Assembly: GCF_000196355.1 (NCBI RefSeq)
Contig: NC_007614.1
Location: 1,800,001-1,832,000, forward strand
Direction of reading: 5' to 3'
Origin: Nitrosospira multiformis ATCC 25196
Lineage (GTDB): Bacteria; Pseudomonadota; Gammaproteobacteria; Burkholderiales; Nitrosomonadaceae
DNA: 32,000 bases
Positions 17,278-27,508 of this stretch are shown one piece after another (position 1 is the stretch's first letter; every line of letters begins with the position of its first letter). The notes beneath the pieces are model-generated. The model had not been told where the DNA came from, ran no database searches, and worked only from the letters and a program-made list of their open reading frames with translations. Made by a program: the position numbers and the translations under genes.

Positions 17278-19650
17278 TCAACCCTTCAATCTCGCAAACG
17301 CTGCTGCCATCGCCGTATCAGCCCTGGAATCCTGTTTCTGCTGGGGTTTGGCTGAGCGGTCCTTCCTATTCCTTGGCTGCTCACGCTTGCCAGCCCCTCG
17401 CGCCTCCTGTGTCTGTGGTGCTGGCGCATCTGCCAACCTCATCGTAAGGGCAATGCGCTTACGCTTTTCATCGACTTCCAGCACTTTGACCTTCACCACC
17501 TGCCCCACCTTGACGACCGTGTGCGGGTCTTTGACGAATTTGTCGGCGAGCGCGGAGATGTGCACCAGCCCATCCTGATGCACCCCGATATCGACGAACG
17601 CGCCGAAGGCAGCCACGTTGGTTACCACGCCTTCCAGCAGCATACCCGGCTGCAGATCGGAAATCTCGTTCACGCCTTCCTTGAATGCGGCAGTGATGAA
17701 TTCCGGCCGGGGATCACGGCCCGGCTTTTCCAGCTCCTTCACGATGTCGGTGACGGTCGGCACGCCGAATCGATCATCCGCATACCTCGCCGGATTGAGC
17801 GACTTCAATAATTTGTTATTGCCGATGATCGACCTGATTTCCTGCTTCAAGTCGGAAAGGATTCTTTGCACGACGGGATACGACTCGGGATGCACTGCCG
17901 ACGCATCAAGCGGGTTCTCGCCATGCATCACCCGCAAGAAGCCTGCCGCCTGCTCGAAGGTTTTCTCACCCAGGCGCGGCACCTGGTGCAGAGCTTCACG
18001 CGAGGCAAACATCCCGTTTTCCTCGCGATAGACAACGATGCTTTGTGCGACAGCCGGGTTAAGCCCCGAAACGCGTTCGAGCAGCGGCGCGGAGGCCGTA
18101 TTGACGTCCACGCCTACCGCATTGACGCAGTCTTCGACCACGGCATCGAGCGAGCGCGCGAGCTGGGTTTGCCCGACATCATGCTGGTATTGGCCTACGC
18201 CAATCGATTTCGGATCGACTTTGACCAGCTCCGCCAGAGGGTCCTGCAGGCGCCGCGCAATGGAAACCGCTCCTCTCAGCGACACATCCATATCGGGGAA
18301 CTCTCTGGAGGCCAGATCGGAGGCGGAATAAACCGAAGCCCCCGCTTCCGAAACCACGATAGAGGTGAGCTTGAGATCGGGCCGGCGCTTGATCAGGTCT
18401 TTTGCCAGCTTGTCGGTCTCGCGCGAAGCGGTGCCATTGCCTATGGCTATCAGCGATACCCGAAATTTTTCCGCAAGCGTGCCGAGAACATGAAGGGACC
18501 CCTCCCAATCATTCCTTGGTTGATGTGGATAAATGGTGGCCGTTTCCATGACCCGCCCTGTCGCATCCACTACTGCGACTTTCACCCCTGTGCGCAAGCC
18601 GGGGTCTAGACCTATTGTCACGCGAGGCCCGGCGGGAGCGGCCATGAGCAGGGCTTTCAGGTTGCGCGCAAAGACCTGGATCGCTTCGGTCTCGGCGCGT
18701 GTGCGCAACGAACCCATAAGATCGAGTTCCAGATGCGGAAAACTCTTCACCCGCCAGGTCCAGCGCACCGTGTCCATCAGCCACGCATCGGCAGGCCGCC
18801 CTTTGTCCGCAATACCGAACCGGACAGCAATGCGCGCCTCGCACGGGTTATGCGGTGCATCCCACTTCGGTTTCTCCGCCTCCGAATCCAGACGCAGGGC
18901 AACGCGTAAAATTTCTTCACGTCGCCCCCGAAAAAGCGCCAGCGCCCGGTGCGAAGGAATAGCGCTGAGCGGTTCGGAGTAATCGAAATAATCGGAATAT
19001 TTGGCGCCCTCCTCTTCCTTACCCTTACCGCCATTCTTGTCGCTCGCGACTTTCGACTCCACCACCCCATGGTCCAGCAGGTACTCGCGCAGCCACTGAA
19101 GCAACTCGGCATCCTCCGCGAAACGCTCCATCAGTATCTGGCGTGCTCCCTCGAGCGCAGCTTTCACATCCGGTACCCCGGGATTATCCCCCTGCTCGGT
19201 AGCGAAGGGCGGCTTCAAGTACTTGATGGCCTCTTCCTCGGGTTGTAGCGTCGGATCGGCAAGCAGCGCATCTGCCAGTGGCTCCAGCCCCGCTTCGAGC
19301 GCGATCTGCGCCTTGGTGCGCCGCTTTTTCTTGAAGGGGAGATACAGATCTTCCAGCCGTGTCTTATCCTCGGCCTGCAGGATGGAAGCAAGCAGCGCGG
19401 GCGTCATTTTCCCCTGCTCTTCTATCGAGGCGATAATCGCGGCGCGCCTGTCTTCCAGTTCACGCAGATAACGCAACCGTTCTTCCAGCAGGCGCAACTG
19501 CGCATCGTCCAGCCCGCCAGTCACCTCCTTGCGGTAACGTGCAATAAAGGGCACGGTGGCACCTTCATCGAGCAAGGCAATGGCCGCGTTAACCTGTGCA
19601 GGCTTCGCGCCGAGTTCAAGGGAAAGACGTTGTTCAATGGATGGCAGCAT
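17278..19650 (-). CDS. tex: Tex family transcription accessory / RNA-binding protein (S1 domain)
   Basis: ORF 17278-19920; start ATG at 19650 ([49 protein letters not shown]). Also [28 protein letters not shown]-terminal S1 domain [33 protein letters not shown]. Confidence 0.97.
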   Translation of the reverse strand: MLPSIEQRLSLELGAKPAQVNAAIALLDEGATVPFIARYRKEVTGGLDDAQLRLLEERLRYLRELEDRRAAIIASIEEQGKMTPALLASILQAEDKTRLEDLYLPFKKKRRTKAQIALEAGLEPLADALLADPTLQPEEEAIKYLKPPFATEQGDNPGVPDVKAALEGARQILMERFAEDAELLQWLREYLLDHGVVESKVASDKNGGKGKEEEGAKYSDYFDYSEPLSAIPSHRALALFRGRREEILRVALRLDSEAEKPKWDAPHNPCEARIAVRFGIADKGRPADAWLMDTVRWTWRVKSFPHLELDLMGSLRTRAETEAIQVFARNLKALLMAAPAGPRVTIGLDPGLRTGVKVAVVDATGRVMETATIYPHQPRNDWEGSLHVLGTLAEKFRVSLIAIGNGTASRETDKLAKDLIKRRPDLKLTSIVVSEAGASVYSASDLASREFPDMDVSLRGAVSIARRLQDPLAELVKVDPKSIGVGQYQHDVGQTQLARSLDAVVEDCVNAVGVDVNTASAPLLERVSGLNPAVAQSIVVYREENGMFASREALHQVPRLGEKTFEQAAGFLRVMHGENPLDASAVHPESYPVVQRILSDLKQEIRSIIGNNKLLKSLNPARYADDRFGVPTVTDIVKELEKPGRDPRPEFITAAFKEGVNEISDLQPGMLLEGVVTNVAAFGAFVDIGVHQDGLVHISALADKFVKDPHTVVKVGQVVKVKVLEVDEKRKRIALTMRLADAPAPQTQEARGAGKREQPRNRKDRSAKPQQKQDSRADTAMAAAFARLKG

Positions 19651-19730
19651 GATTGACGGACACCTATTCAGTTGCAGTGGAAAAAGGGGAAGTGGTAAAA
19701 CAGATGGACGGAAGGGGGAAAGGATCAGGT

Positions 19731-20081
19731 TCAGTTCGTATTCTGGCTGGATAGCGGTTTTTGTTCGGTATCCGCACGCTTGCGGTATATCCCGGAGCGC
19801 ATGAGCAGGATCGTGGTGACAGGCGATGTCGATATCATGAACAGTGTGATCAACACCTCCTGAAACACGAACCGCTCCGCGTGTATCGAAGCAAGCAGGA
19901 TCGATGCCAGCAGCACACACCCGAGGCCGAGTGTATTTCCCAACGTTATGCCGTGCATTCGCGCAAACAGGTTGGGCAACCGAAGCAGGCCGAGGGATCC
20001 GATCAGCGTCAACAGACTGCCTGAGATCAGCAGCAACGAGCCGAGCAGGTCGGCCCAGAAAGGAATCACGCCATTCGTCAT
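19731..20081 (-). CDS. mrpG: Monovalent cation/proton antiporter subunit G
   Basis: [52 protein letters not shown]...; 4-nt ATGA overlap with the mrpF stop. Confidence 0.92.
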   Translation of the reverse strand: MTNGVIPFWADLLGSLLLISGSLLTLIGSLGLLRLPNLFARMHGITLGNTLGLGCVLLASILLASIHAERFVFQEVLITLFMISTSPVTTILLMRSGIYRKRADTEQKPLSSQNTN

Positions 20082-20359
20082 GGCTCGATCACCTCGCCCC
20101 GCAAAAGGAATTTGGCCATTGCGGCTGACCCGACAAACCCGAATAGCGCAATCAGCAGGGCGATGTCGAAATAAAATCGGGATCCGAACTGAATTCCCAG
20201 GATGAGCACCATGATCATGCTGTTTACGTACAGGGTATCCAACGCCAGTACGCGGTCTTCCGCGGCAGGCCCGCGCAGAAGACGGATCGCCGCAAAAATC
20301 GTGGCAAGTGTGACAGCAATCAGGGCAAAGGATATCGCCCATGGCAGCATTGCATTCAT
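20078..20359 (-). CDS. mrpF: Monovalent cation/proton antiporter subunit F
   Basis: [56 protein letters not shown]...; ATGA overlap with the mrpE stop (20356-20359). Confidence 0.93.
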   Translation of the reverse strand: MNAMLPWAISFALIAVTLATIFAAIRLLRGPAAEDRVLALDTLYVNSMIMVLILGIQFGSRFYFDIALLIALFGFVGSAAMAKFLLRGEVIEP

Positions 20360-20844
20360 TCGAATATCTCCATCAGTCGGCGCTCGTAACGCTGCTTGAT
20401 GGTGCGGACCCAAGCCTCCTCATCCTGGAGGTCCAGGACGTGAATCGTGAGTTCGCCTCCATCGGGCGAAAGCCCGGCCCAGACGGTACCGGGCGTGGCA
20501 GTGATTATACAGGCGAGGGCAGCAAGCCCATACGGATCACGCAGGTCCAGCGGAATTTTCATGAAAGCCGAATTAAAACGTCTCTCCGCCGGACCGAGAA
20601 TGATCCCGGCCACGGCGATGTTGGAGCGGATAATATCGATCAGCACTACAAAAAACAGCCCCAATGCGGTGAGCAGATGGTGCGGGTGCGCGCGCAGTGG
20701 GCGTATTGCCGCAGTCGATGCGGTAATAGCCACCGTGAGCATCAGGCCCAGCAAAAGCTGGCCCGGCGCCAGGGAATCATTCAGCAGAAGCCACAAGGCA
20801 AACAGAATGACAGTAAATAGTGTCAGCGATGGCCAGCGTTTCAT
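20356..20844 (-). CDS. mrpE: Monovalent cation/proton antiporter subunit E
   Basis: MKRWPSLTLFTVILFALWLLLNDSLAPGQLLLGLMLTVAI...IILGPAERRFNSAFMKIPLDLRDPYGLAALACIITATPGTVWAGL: MnhE pattern. Confidence 0.93.
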   Translation of the reverse strand: MKRWPSLTLFTVILFALWLLLNDSLAPGQLLLGLMLTVAITASTAAIRPLRAHPHHLLTALGLFFVVLIDIIRSNIAVAGIILGPAERRFNSAFMKIPLDLRDPYGLAALACIITATPGTVWAGLSPDGGELTIHVLDLQDEEAWVRTIKQRYERRLMEIFE

Positions 20845-22505
20845 GGGCTGATTCCCTCCACTGGAATTGAAGGTACTGCCGGGGGCCCGGGTGGCCGGCT
20901 GCCCGACAGCACCGCATCGATATATACCTGCGGTGAAGACAGTGAATTACCCGCAAGATTCAAGTATTCCATTGCCGGACCCGTCTCTATCGAAAGTGCA
21001 ACGCTGAGCAGCAGCAGCACCGCAACGGGAACCGCCTCCCCAAGATGCAGTCTTGGCGTCATGATCTCATCCGTGCTCCAGAACAAATGTATTCCCATCC
21101 GACAGAGAGCAATGATTGCAATCAGGCTCGAGCCCAGCATTCCTCCCCACAGTACCCATACCGTAACCGGTACTGGCGCCGGCGCAGTATCGGTTAGTGT
21201 GGCGGAGAGGATAAGGAACTTGGCGATAAAACCCGATAGTGGCGGCAAGCCTGCCACGAGCAACGCGCATGCCAGAAAACCCATGCCCAGAAATGCCATC
21301 GCTGCGGGAATGACGATACCTATCACTTCATCCGTAAAATCTGCATCAACCGGCTCCTGTCCGACAGGCTCCATCATCTCCAGCGGCAGGTCCTCGCCGG
21401 TTTGCCGTGTACGGTCGATCATCTCACAAAGCATGAAGAAAGCGCCTGTGGCCAGCACTGAGCTTGTCAAGTAATACAGCGCCGCCCCTTTCATGGCCGT
21501 ACCGCCAAACCCGAGCGCTGCAAGCAACGTGCCGGCGGAGGCGATGACACAATAGGCAACCAGACGCTGTGGCTGGCTGGCGGTGAGTATACCCGCTGTT
21601 CCCAGCACGAGTGTAATGATACCCATGCCAAACAGCCAGCCCTCGTTGAATGGCGCCGGGACGCTCGCCCCGGAAGCGCCGGACAGCAGCGACCCCAGCC
21701 GCAGCAGCGCGTAAATCCCCACCTTGGTCATAATCGAAAAAACCGCTGCCACTGGAGGCGCAGCGGTACCGTAAGCAGACGGCAGCCAGAAGTTCAGAGG
21801 CCATGCCCCCGCCTTGAGCAGAAATGCGCTGCCCAGAATGGCGATACCGGTTTCGAAAAGTATACGCTCGTCCTGGGTGAGCAGTGAGGCGCGCGCCGCC
21901 ACGTCCGCCATATTGAGCGTTCCGGTTACTCCGTAGATCAGCGAAACGCCAATCAGAAAGACAAACGAACCTGCAAGATTGATCGCGATATAGTGGAGAC
22001 CAGCCTTGACGCGAGGTTCCCCCAGACCGTGCAGCAGGAGACCGTATGACGCGGCCAGCAGCACCTCCACAAATACAAACAGGTTAAAGAGATCGCCGGT
22101 CAGAAAAGCGCCGTTTACCCCCATGATCAGGAACTGGAACAGCGATTGGAAATGAGGCCCAGCCTTGCGCCAGCGCGCCAAAGCGTAGATCAGGGAAGTC
22201 AATGCCAGCACCGCGTTGAGCACCAGCATCAGAGCAGACAATCGATCCAGCACCAGCACGATACCGAAGGGTGCCTGCCAGCCACCGAGCAGATATACCG
22301 CGATACCATCCGGCCAGATACTTGGAACGGCATCGCTTGCGATATAGGCGAGCGCGAGGGCCACGAGTAAATTCAACAGGGTGGCAACAAGGGCGATAAT
22401 GGTGCGCGGAGCACGCCGCGCTTCGGCGAACAGCAGCATGACTGCTCCCGCAACCAATGGGATCACTACCGGAAATATCGGAAGATGATTCACCCAGCCA
22501 TTCAT
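20841..22505 (-). CDS. mrpD: Monovalent cation/proton antiporter subunit D
   Basis: 554-aa NADH-quinone oxidoreductase M/N-like protein: LLHGLGEPRVKAGLHYIAINLAGSFVFLIGVSLIYG, LKAGAWPLNFWLPSAYGTAAPPVAAVFSIMTKVGIYALLRL, GLPPLSGFIAKFLIL. Confidence 0.95.
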   Translation of the reverse strand: MNGWVNHLPIFPVVIPLVAGAVMLLFAEARRAPRTIIALVATLLNLLVALALAYIASDAVPSIWPDGIAVYLLGGWQAPFGIVLVLDRLSALMLVLNAVLALTSLIYALARWRKAGPHFQSLFQFLIMGVNGAFLTGDLFNLFVFVEVLLAASYGLLLHGLGEPRVKAGLHYIAINLAGSFVFLIGVSLIYGVTGTLNMADVAARASLLTQDERILFETGIAILGSAFLLKAGAWPLNFWLPSAYGTAAPPVAAVFSIMTKVGIYALLRLGSLLSGASGASVPAPFNEGWLFGMGIITLVLGTAGILTASQPQRLVAYCVIASAGTLLAALGFGGTAMKGAALYYLTSSVLATGAFFMLCEMIDRTRQTGEDLPLEMMEPVGQEPVDADFTDEVIGIVIPAAMAFLGMGFLACALLVAGLPPLSGFIAKFLILSATLTDTAPAPVPVTVWVLWGGMLGSSLIAIIALCRMGIHLFWSTDEIMTPRLHLGEAVPVAVLLLLSVALSIETGPAMEYLNLAGNSLSSPQVYIDAVLSGSRPPGPPAVPSIPVEGISP

Positions 22506-22846
22506 GCTTCCGGATCCCCATCGACGTGATCATTGCCCGTCAAACCCCGTGAAGCCAGCAACACGACCAGAAAGAGTGCAGTCATGGCAAAACCAATGAC
22601 GATTGCGGTGAGCACAAGCGCCTGCGGCACGGGATCGTCATACAACGAAGGATCTGCCTTTGCCGCGGTTTCGATGATTGGCGCGCCTCCTATCATGAGC
22701 CGCCCCATTCCAAAGATGAACAGATTGACCGCGTACGACAGCAGAGAAAGTCCCATGATGACTTGGAAGGTGCGGGGGCGCAGCACCAGCCAGACACCTG
22801 AAGCGGTCAGGACACCAATAGCAAGCGCATAGATTCCTTCCATCAA
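22502..22846 (-). CDS. mrpC: Monovalent cation/proton antiporter subunit C
   Basis: MMEGIYALAIGVLTASGVWLVLRPRTFQVIMGLSLLSYAVNLFIFGMGRL...DPVPQALVLTAIVIGFAMTALFLVVLLAS: NuoK/MnhC pattern. Confidence 0.95.
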   Translation of the reverse strand: MMEGIYALAIGVLTASGVWLVLRPRTFQVIMGLSLLSYAVNLFIFGMGRLMIGGAPIIETAAKADPSLYDDPVPQALVLTAIVIGFAMTALFLVVLLASRGLTGNDHVDGDPEA

Positions 22847-25800
22847 TCCTCCCTCTCCTTCGGAGGCGAAACATGGGGAAGCTTTTGCCTTCCGGCTTCC
22901 CCAGGCGCATAGTCAGTCGGAGCCGTTGAAGCGACGGGGACAGAGAGCGAGGCGGATGCATGAGGGCTTTCGCCTTCCTCTGCCGGCAAACCCGGCACCT
23001 CCACCGCCGCCTCTACCGTCGTCTCAACTTCTGCAATTTCATGCTTGCGGTGCGCGCGCCGTGACTGGTGGGCAAGCGCCACCAGGATCAACACCGCTGC
23101 GCCAATCACCAGAAAAAAGACACCCAGATCGAACAGCAACACCGTTGAAAGGTGCATCTCGCCGATTATTGGCAAAGTGCCATGCCATGCCAGCGCAGAA
23201 AGAAATGGACGGCCCACCAGCCACGCTGACATGCCCGCACCTGCGGCACCAAGTAACCCCGCTGCAAGCCAGTATTGGGGGAAAATACGGGTACGGGATT
23301 CGGCCCAAGCAGTGCCTCCCACGAGGTATTGCAAAATGACCGCTGTCGTGACGATCAACCCCGCCACGAAGCCGCCGCCCGGTTCGTTATGCCCGCGCAA
23401 TAAAAAATAAATCGCCACCATGCCCGAAACCGGCAGCAGCAACTGCACGAACACCGCCGGCACCATCATTGGCCCAGCGGGCAGCAAAGCATGCGGATCT
23501 GACGGCAACGCCCCCATCTGTTCATCCTGTTCCTGCTGCTTTACCGGCACGGCCATAGCCTCAGCCGCAGGGCGGAACCTTCGCAGCAGCGCGAACACAG
23601 TCAATGCCACGATACCCAGCACGGTTATCTCACCCATCGTATCGAAACCGCGGAAATCAACCAGGATCACATTGATGACGTTCGATCCACCCGCCAGAGG
23701 CAATGAATTCTCGATAAAAAAAGGCGAAATGCCTTCCCCGGCGGACCGGGTCAGAATTGCGTAGCTCAATCCGGTGATACCGATACCCGCACAAATCGCG
23801 ATCACCAGATCCCGCGAGCGGCGCCCCTCGGCGCGCATACGTACCGGCAGCGGCACCGTTTCATGGTCCAGCGACTTATCGCGCGGCGGCAGCCAGCGCA
23901 GACCCAGCAGAAGCAGGACAAGTGTGACGACCTCTACGATAAGCTGTGTCAGCGCCAGGTCAGGCGCGGAAAACCAGACGAAGGTCATGCAGGTTGCCAA
24001 TCCCGCTACGCCTGACAAGGTCAATGCAGCAAGCCGGTGATACTTTGCCTGGGCGGCGGCCGCGATTGCACAGACCGCGCCGATCAGCCACAGCGCCGCA
24101 AAAGTCGGTTCAACCGGAAGGGGAGGCTTGTCGCCCTCGGGCAGGCCGCCCCTGGAAAGCGATATCAGCGCGCTGGCAAACACGGCAATGATAAGCAGCA
24201 GCATCTGGACCTGCAGATGCTCGGTGGATAACCATCGCAAAAGGCGCATTGCCAGCCTGTCAAGCTTTTCGAGCATGAATTCGAAAATACGCTTGCCGTC
24301 GAAACGTTCGATCAGCGGTACTACTGTCGTACCCTGCTGGTATTCTCCCAGTGCCCGGTACAGGAGGATTCCCCCTGCCATCGCAGCCAGGCTCATCATG
24401 AGAGGGAGACTGAAACCATGCCATACCGCGAGGCTGTGGAACGGCGTGTGTTCCCCAAGTACGGACCGCGAGGCCATGTTCAGGTACGACCCAACAGTCG
24501 TGGCGGGAAACATTCCAACTACCAGACAGGCGGTGACAAGCAGCGCGCTGGGAAACAGCATCCAGCGCGGTGGCTCGTGCGGCTTTTTCGGCAGATCGTC
24601 CGCCGGAGGCCCGAAAAACACTTGCAGAATAAAACGCAGCGAATAGGCCACGCTGAGTGTTCCCCAAACCACAGCCATTGCCGGCAGGCCAATCCGGGTG
24701 ATCAGGTGTCCGCTGACAAACACGGTCTCGGCAAAAAACATCTCTTTCGAAAGAAAACCATTGAACAACGGCACACCCGCCATCGACGCAGCACCCACCG
24801 CGGCCAGCGTAGCGGTGATGGGCATGGCACGCCGCAACCCGCTCAACCGCGATAAATCGCGTGTGCCGGTTTCATGATCGACCATGCCTGCCGCCATGAA
24901 AAGCGATGCCTTGAATGTAGCGTGATTCATGATATGAAAAATTGCGGCTATCAACGCCAGGGGACTGTTCAACCCAAGCAGCAGCGTAATCAGACCCAGA
25001 TGGCTGATGGTGGAATAAGCCAGCACACCTTTCATATCCCGCTGAAACACCGCCGCGTATGCGCCCAGCACGAGCGACAGAAGACCTGCCGTACCGATCA
25101 TCCAGAACCATTCGTCGGTACCTGCAAGCACAGGCCAGAGCCGGACAAGCAGGAAAACACCTGCTTTGACCATCGTTGCCGAATGAAGGTAGACAGATAC
25201 GGGTGTAGGCGCCGCCATGGCATGCGGCAACCAGAAATGAAATGGAAATTGTGCGCTTTTAGTCAACGCTCCCAATCCAATCAGGATCAGCATGGGCACA
25301 TACCAGGAATGCGCACGGATCAGATCGCCAGAGGCAAGCACACGATCCAGATCGTAACTCCCCGCTACCCATCCGAGCATCAGGATTCCGGCAAGCAGGC
25401 AAAGACCGCCAGCCGCCGTGACGGTCAAAGCCATGCGGGCGCCGTGGCGGGCATCCGGCCGGTGATACCAGTATGCTATCAACATGAAAGACGTCAGACT
25501 GGTCAGTTCCCAGAACACCACCAGTTGAATCAGGTTACCGGACAGCACGACCCCCAGCATCGCGCCCATGAAAGCGAGAAAGAACGAGAAAAAACGGGGA
25601 ACCGGGTCTTGCGCTGCCATGTAATAGCGCGCATACAGTACAACCAGGGCGCCCATCACTGTAACCAGCATTGCAAACAGCCAGGCAAAGCCATCGAGGC
25701 GAAACGTGAAGTCGAGACCCAACTGAGGAATCCAGTGCACCGATTCCCGTATCACCTCCCCTCCAGCTATTGGTTGATACAACCGGACAGTGAGAATGAC

Positions 25801-25917
25801 GCATGCCACCGCAACGGTACCCGCGAGCCAGGCTGCGACGTTGCGCGCGTGGGATGGCAGAAACGCCGCGCAGAGGCTACCCGTGAAGGGCAGGATAACT
25901 ATCCAGATCAACGACAT
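22843..25917 (-). CDS. mrpA: Monovalent cation/proton antiporter subunit A fused to subunit B
   Basis: 1024 aa: NuoL-like domain (FFSFFLAFMGAMLGVVLSGNLIQLVVFWELTSLTSFMLIAYW; STISHLGLITLLLGLNS), an MnhA C-terminal region, then an MnhB domain (LLPVSGMVAIYFLLRGHNEPGGGFVAGLIVTTAVILQYLVGG) at the C-terminus. Confidence 0.95.
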   Translation of the reverse strand: MSLIWIVILPFTGSLCAAFLPSHARNVAAWLAGTVAVACVILTVRLYQPIAGGEVIRESVHWIPQLGLDFTFRLDGFAWLFAMLVTVMGALVVLYARYYMAAQDPVPRFFSFFLAFMGAMLGVVLSGNLIQLVVFWELTSLTSFMLIAYWYHRPDARHGARMALTVTAAGGLCLLAGILMLGWVAGSYDLDRVLASGDLIRAHSWYVPMLILIGLGALTKSAQFPFHFWLPHAMAAPTPVSVYLHSATMVKAGVFLLVRLWPVLAGTDEWFWMIGTAGLLSLVLGAYAAVFQRDMKGVLAYSTISHLGLITLLLGLNSPLALIAAIFHIMNHATFKASLFMAAGMVDHETGTRDLSRLSGLRRAMPITATLAAVGAASMAGVPLFNGFLSKEMFFAETVFVSGHLITRIGLPAMAVVWGTLSVAYSLRFILQVFFGPPADDLPKKPHEPPRWMLFPSALLVTACLVVGMFPATTVGSYLNMASRSVLGEHTPFHSLAVWHGFSLPLMMSLAAMAGGILLYRALGEYQQGTTVVPLIERFDGKRIFEFMLEKLDRLAMRLLRWLSTEHLQVQMLLLIIAVFASALISLSRGGLPEGDKPPLPVEPTFAALWLIGAVCAIAAAAQAKYHRLAALTLSGVAGLATCMTFVWFSAPDLALTQLIVEVVTLVLLLLGLRWLPPRDKSLDHETVPLPVRMRAEGRRSRDLVIAICAGIGITGLSYAILTRSAGEGISPFFIENSLPLAGGSNVINVILVDFRGFDTMGEITVLGIVALTVFALLRRFRPAAEAMAVPVKQQEQDEQMGALPSDPHALLPAGPMMVPAVFVQLLLPVSGMVAIYFLLRGHNEPGGGFVAGLIVTTAVILQYLVGGTAWAESRTRIFPQYWLAAGLLGAAGAGMSAWLVGRPFLSALAWHGTLPIIGEMHLSTVLLFDLGVFFLVIGAAVLILVALAHQSRRAHRKHEIAEVETTVEAAVEVPGLPAEEGESPHASASLSVPVASTAPTDYAPGEAGRQKLPHVSPPKERED

Positions 25918-26306
25918 GAACTATCGATATGAGTTACTGCGAACAAGCCCCACCCGTGCCGATCGAAATTTTCCGAAGAAAGATACAAGAGAAGAGCGCG
26001 ACCAGTCAGGAACCTCTGGGCGCACACCCTGTAAGGACTGTTCCGGGAAGTTCTCAAGGTGAGATCGGATGGACCGGGCATAGGCAGCGTTTTCATGCCC
26101 AGGGGGAGAACTGTTAAGAAATTGCTCAAGTGCAGACAGAACTCAGGCACGCATCAGACTGCCGGCTTGAATAATACCATCAGACAGAATTTTTTGACGA
26201 TTTGTTATTGGAGGCCAAGGCCTCCCCTCTCTCTATTCACAGTCCTGGATTTTCCAGGGCAATGATGAAGCGGTAATATAACAGCGGAAACAACAGGAAG
26301 AGTTTC

Positions 26307-26822
26307 TTACATATCCAGCCGCTTCGCTTTCCAGTAGGCGGATTTCCAGTAGCCCTCGTTCAATCCTGAAATGGTCACCCCATAGGTGCTTGAAGCATGG
26401 AGAAATCTGCCTTCTTCGATATAGACCCCTACATGCCGGCCCCTCCAGCCTGTCTTGAAAAAAACAAGATCTCCCGCTCTCAGTTCGCTTTTACCGACAC
26501 TCTCTCCCAGTTGCGCCTGGAACTCGGTCGAGCGCGGCAATATCACACCCAGCTTGGTCTTGAATGTCACCTGAACGAAACCGGAGCAGTCGATGCCGTT
26601 CTTGCTCATGCCGCCAATCCGATATCGGGTATGTTTCCACTGGTTGTACTGCTCATACAGCATTTTCTTCACCAGTGACGTCTTCTCAAGATCTACCTTG
26701 GCTCCGGGTGCATGAGTAATTCCGGGTGCATGGGTAACTTTCTTGCCCTTTTCCGGTATGCTGCTGCATCCGACCAATCCAATGGTCAGAGGGACAATCA
26801 TGAACCAGATGCTTTTTTTCAT
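26307..26822 (-). CDS. NlpC/P60-family cell-wall peptidase lipoprotein
   Basis: Start at 26822 (MKKSIWFMIVPLTIGLVGCSS, lipobox); catalytic YRIGGMSKNGIDCSGFVQVTFKTKLGVILPRSTEFQ, AGDLVFFKTGWRGRHVGVYIEEGRFLHASS. Confidence 0.93.
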   Translation of the reverse strand: MKKSIWFMIVPLTIGLVGCSSIPEKGKKVTHAPGITHAPGAKVDLEKTSLVKKMLYEQYNQWKHTRYRIGGMSKNGIDCSGFVQVTFKTKLGVILPRSTEFQAQLGESVGKSELRAGDLVFFKTGWRGRHVGVYIEEGRFLHASSTYGVTISGLNEGYWKSAYWKAKRLDM

Positions 26823-27033
26823 AGCACCCCCAATTTTCACGTTATTGTTTTCCCATGCGATATTCCGCAAGGCTAGTAAGTATTATGGGCAGCGGCACGA
26901 GAGCCGCTCTGATGCTCCTCCTTAAGGCATCGAATTCCAGGACATTGCTTGTCAGCTTATCAATATCGAAGACGGGGCGCTTCTTCCATTATCAAAGATA
27001 GCAAGGCGGAAAATATCGGACAACGCTTATGTT

Positions 27034-27411
27034 TCAAGAAATCTTGTAATCAACCGTCAGCATTTCCAGCAGATGCCCGGCGGGATCGCGGAAATAGACG
27101 CCGCGCCCGCCGTCGTTATGGTTGATACTCATGTTTTCGGGATCGAAAGGGCCGCTGCCATACTTGATGTTCTCCGTTTTCAACCTGTTGAAGATCTCGT
27201 CGAACTCCTGCTCCGTTACCTTGAATGCATAATGGTTCGAATCGAATTTTTCCCGGTTATCGAAATCCAGAGAAAGTGTGTCGTTCACTTTCACCACAAT
27301 GAAATGAGAAAACGGGCCGACATACCGGAAACCGAATATTCTCGAATAGAACCGTGCGGATTCCTCCTTGTCGCGCGCCGGTACGATGGTGTGATTGAGG
27401 GTGATGGCCAT
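27034..27411 (-). CDS. VOC superfamily (glyoxalase/bleomycin resistance-like) protein
   Basis: Start at 27411: MAITLNHTIVPARDKEESARFYSRIFGFRYVGPFSHFIVVKVNDTLSLDFDN...NHYAFKVTEQEFDEIFNRL...GRGVYFRDPAGHLLEMLTVDY. Confidence 0.93.
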   Translation of the reverse strand: MAITLNHTIVPARDKEESARFYSRIFGFRYVGPFSHFIVVKVNDTLSLDFDNREKFDSNHYAFKVTEQEFDEIFNRLKTENIKYGSGPFDPENMSINHNDGGRGVYFRDPAGHLLEMLTVDYKIS

Positions 27412-27508
27412 GAATTCCTCCGAGGGGTGGTTGGCAGAGGTTGCTCGTTCAGATTCGGCAGCGCTTCCGGATTCCACTGCCGATTGCTGCCAAAAATGCA
27501 GACAAGGT

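Noticed and set aside
17866-18609. 247-aa plus-strand ORF antisense to tex
   Set aside because: Fully overlaps tex on the opposite strand with low-complexity composition; no family signature.
22084-22533. 149-aa minus-strand ORF overlapping mrpD in another frame
   Set aside because: Out-of-frame shadow of mrpD; no hydrophobic or family pattern.
24874-25932. 352-aa plus-strand ORF (MIDHACRHEKRCLECSVIH...) antisense to mrpA
   Set aside because: Very rich in His/Gln/Arg/Cys with no domain pattern. It lies entirely opposite the well-supported mrpA and is a typical by-product of high GC codon usage.
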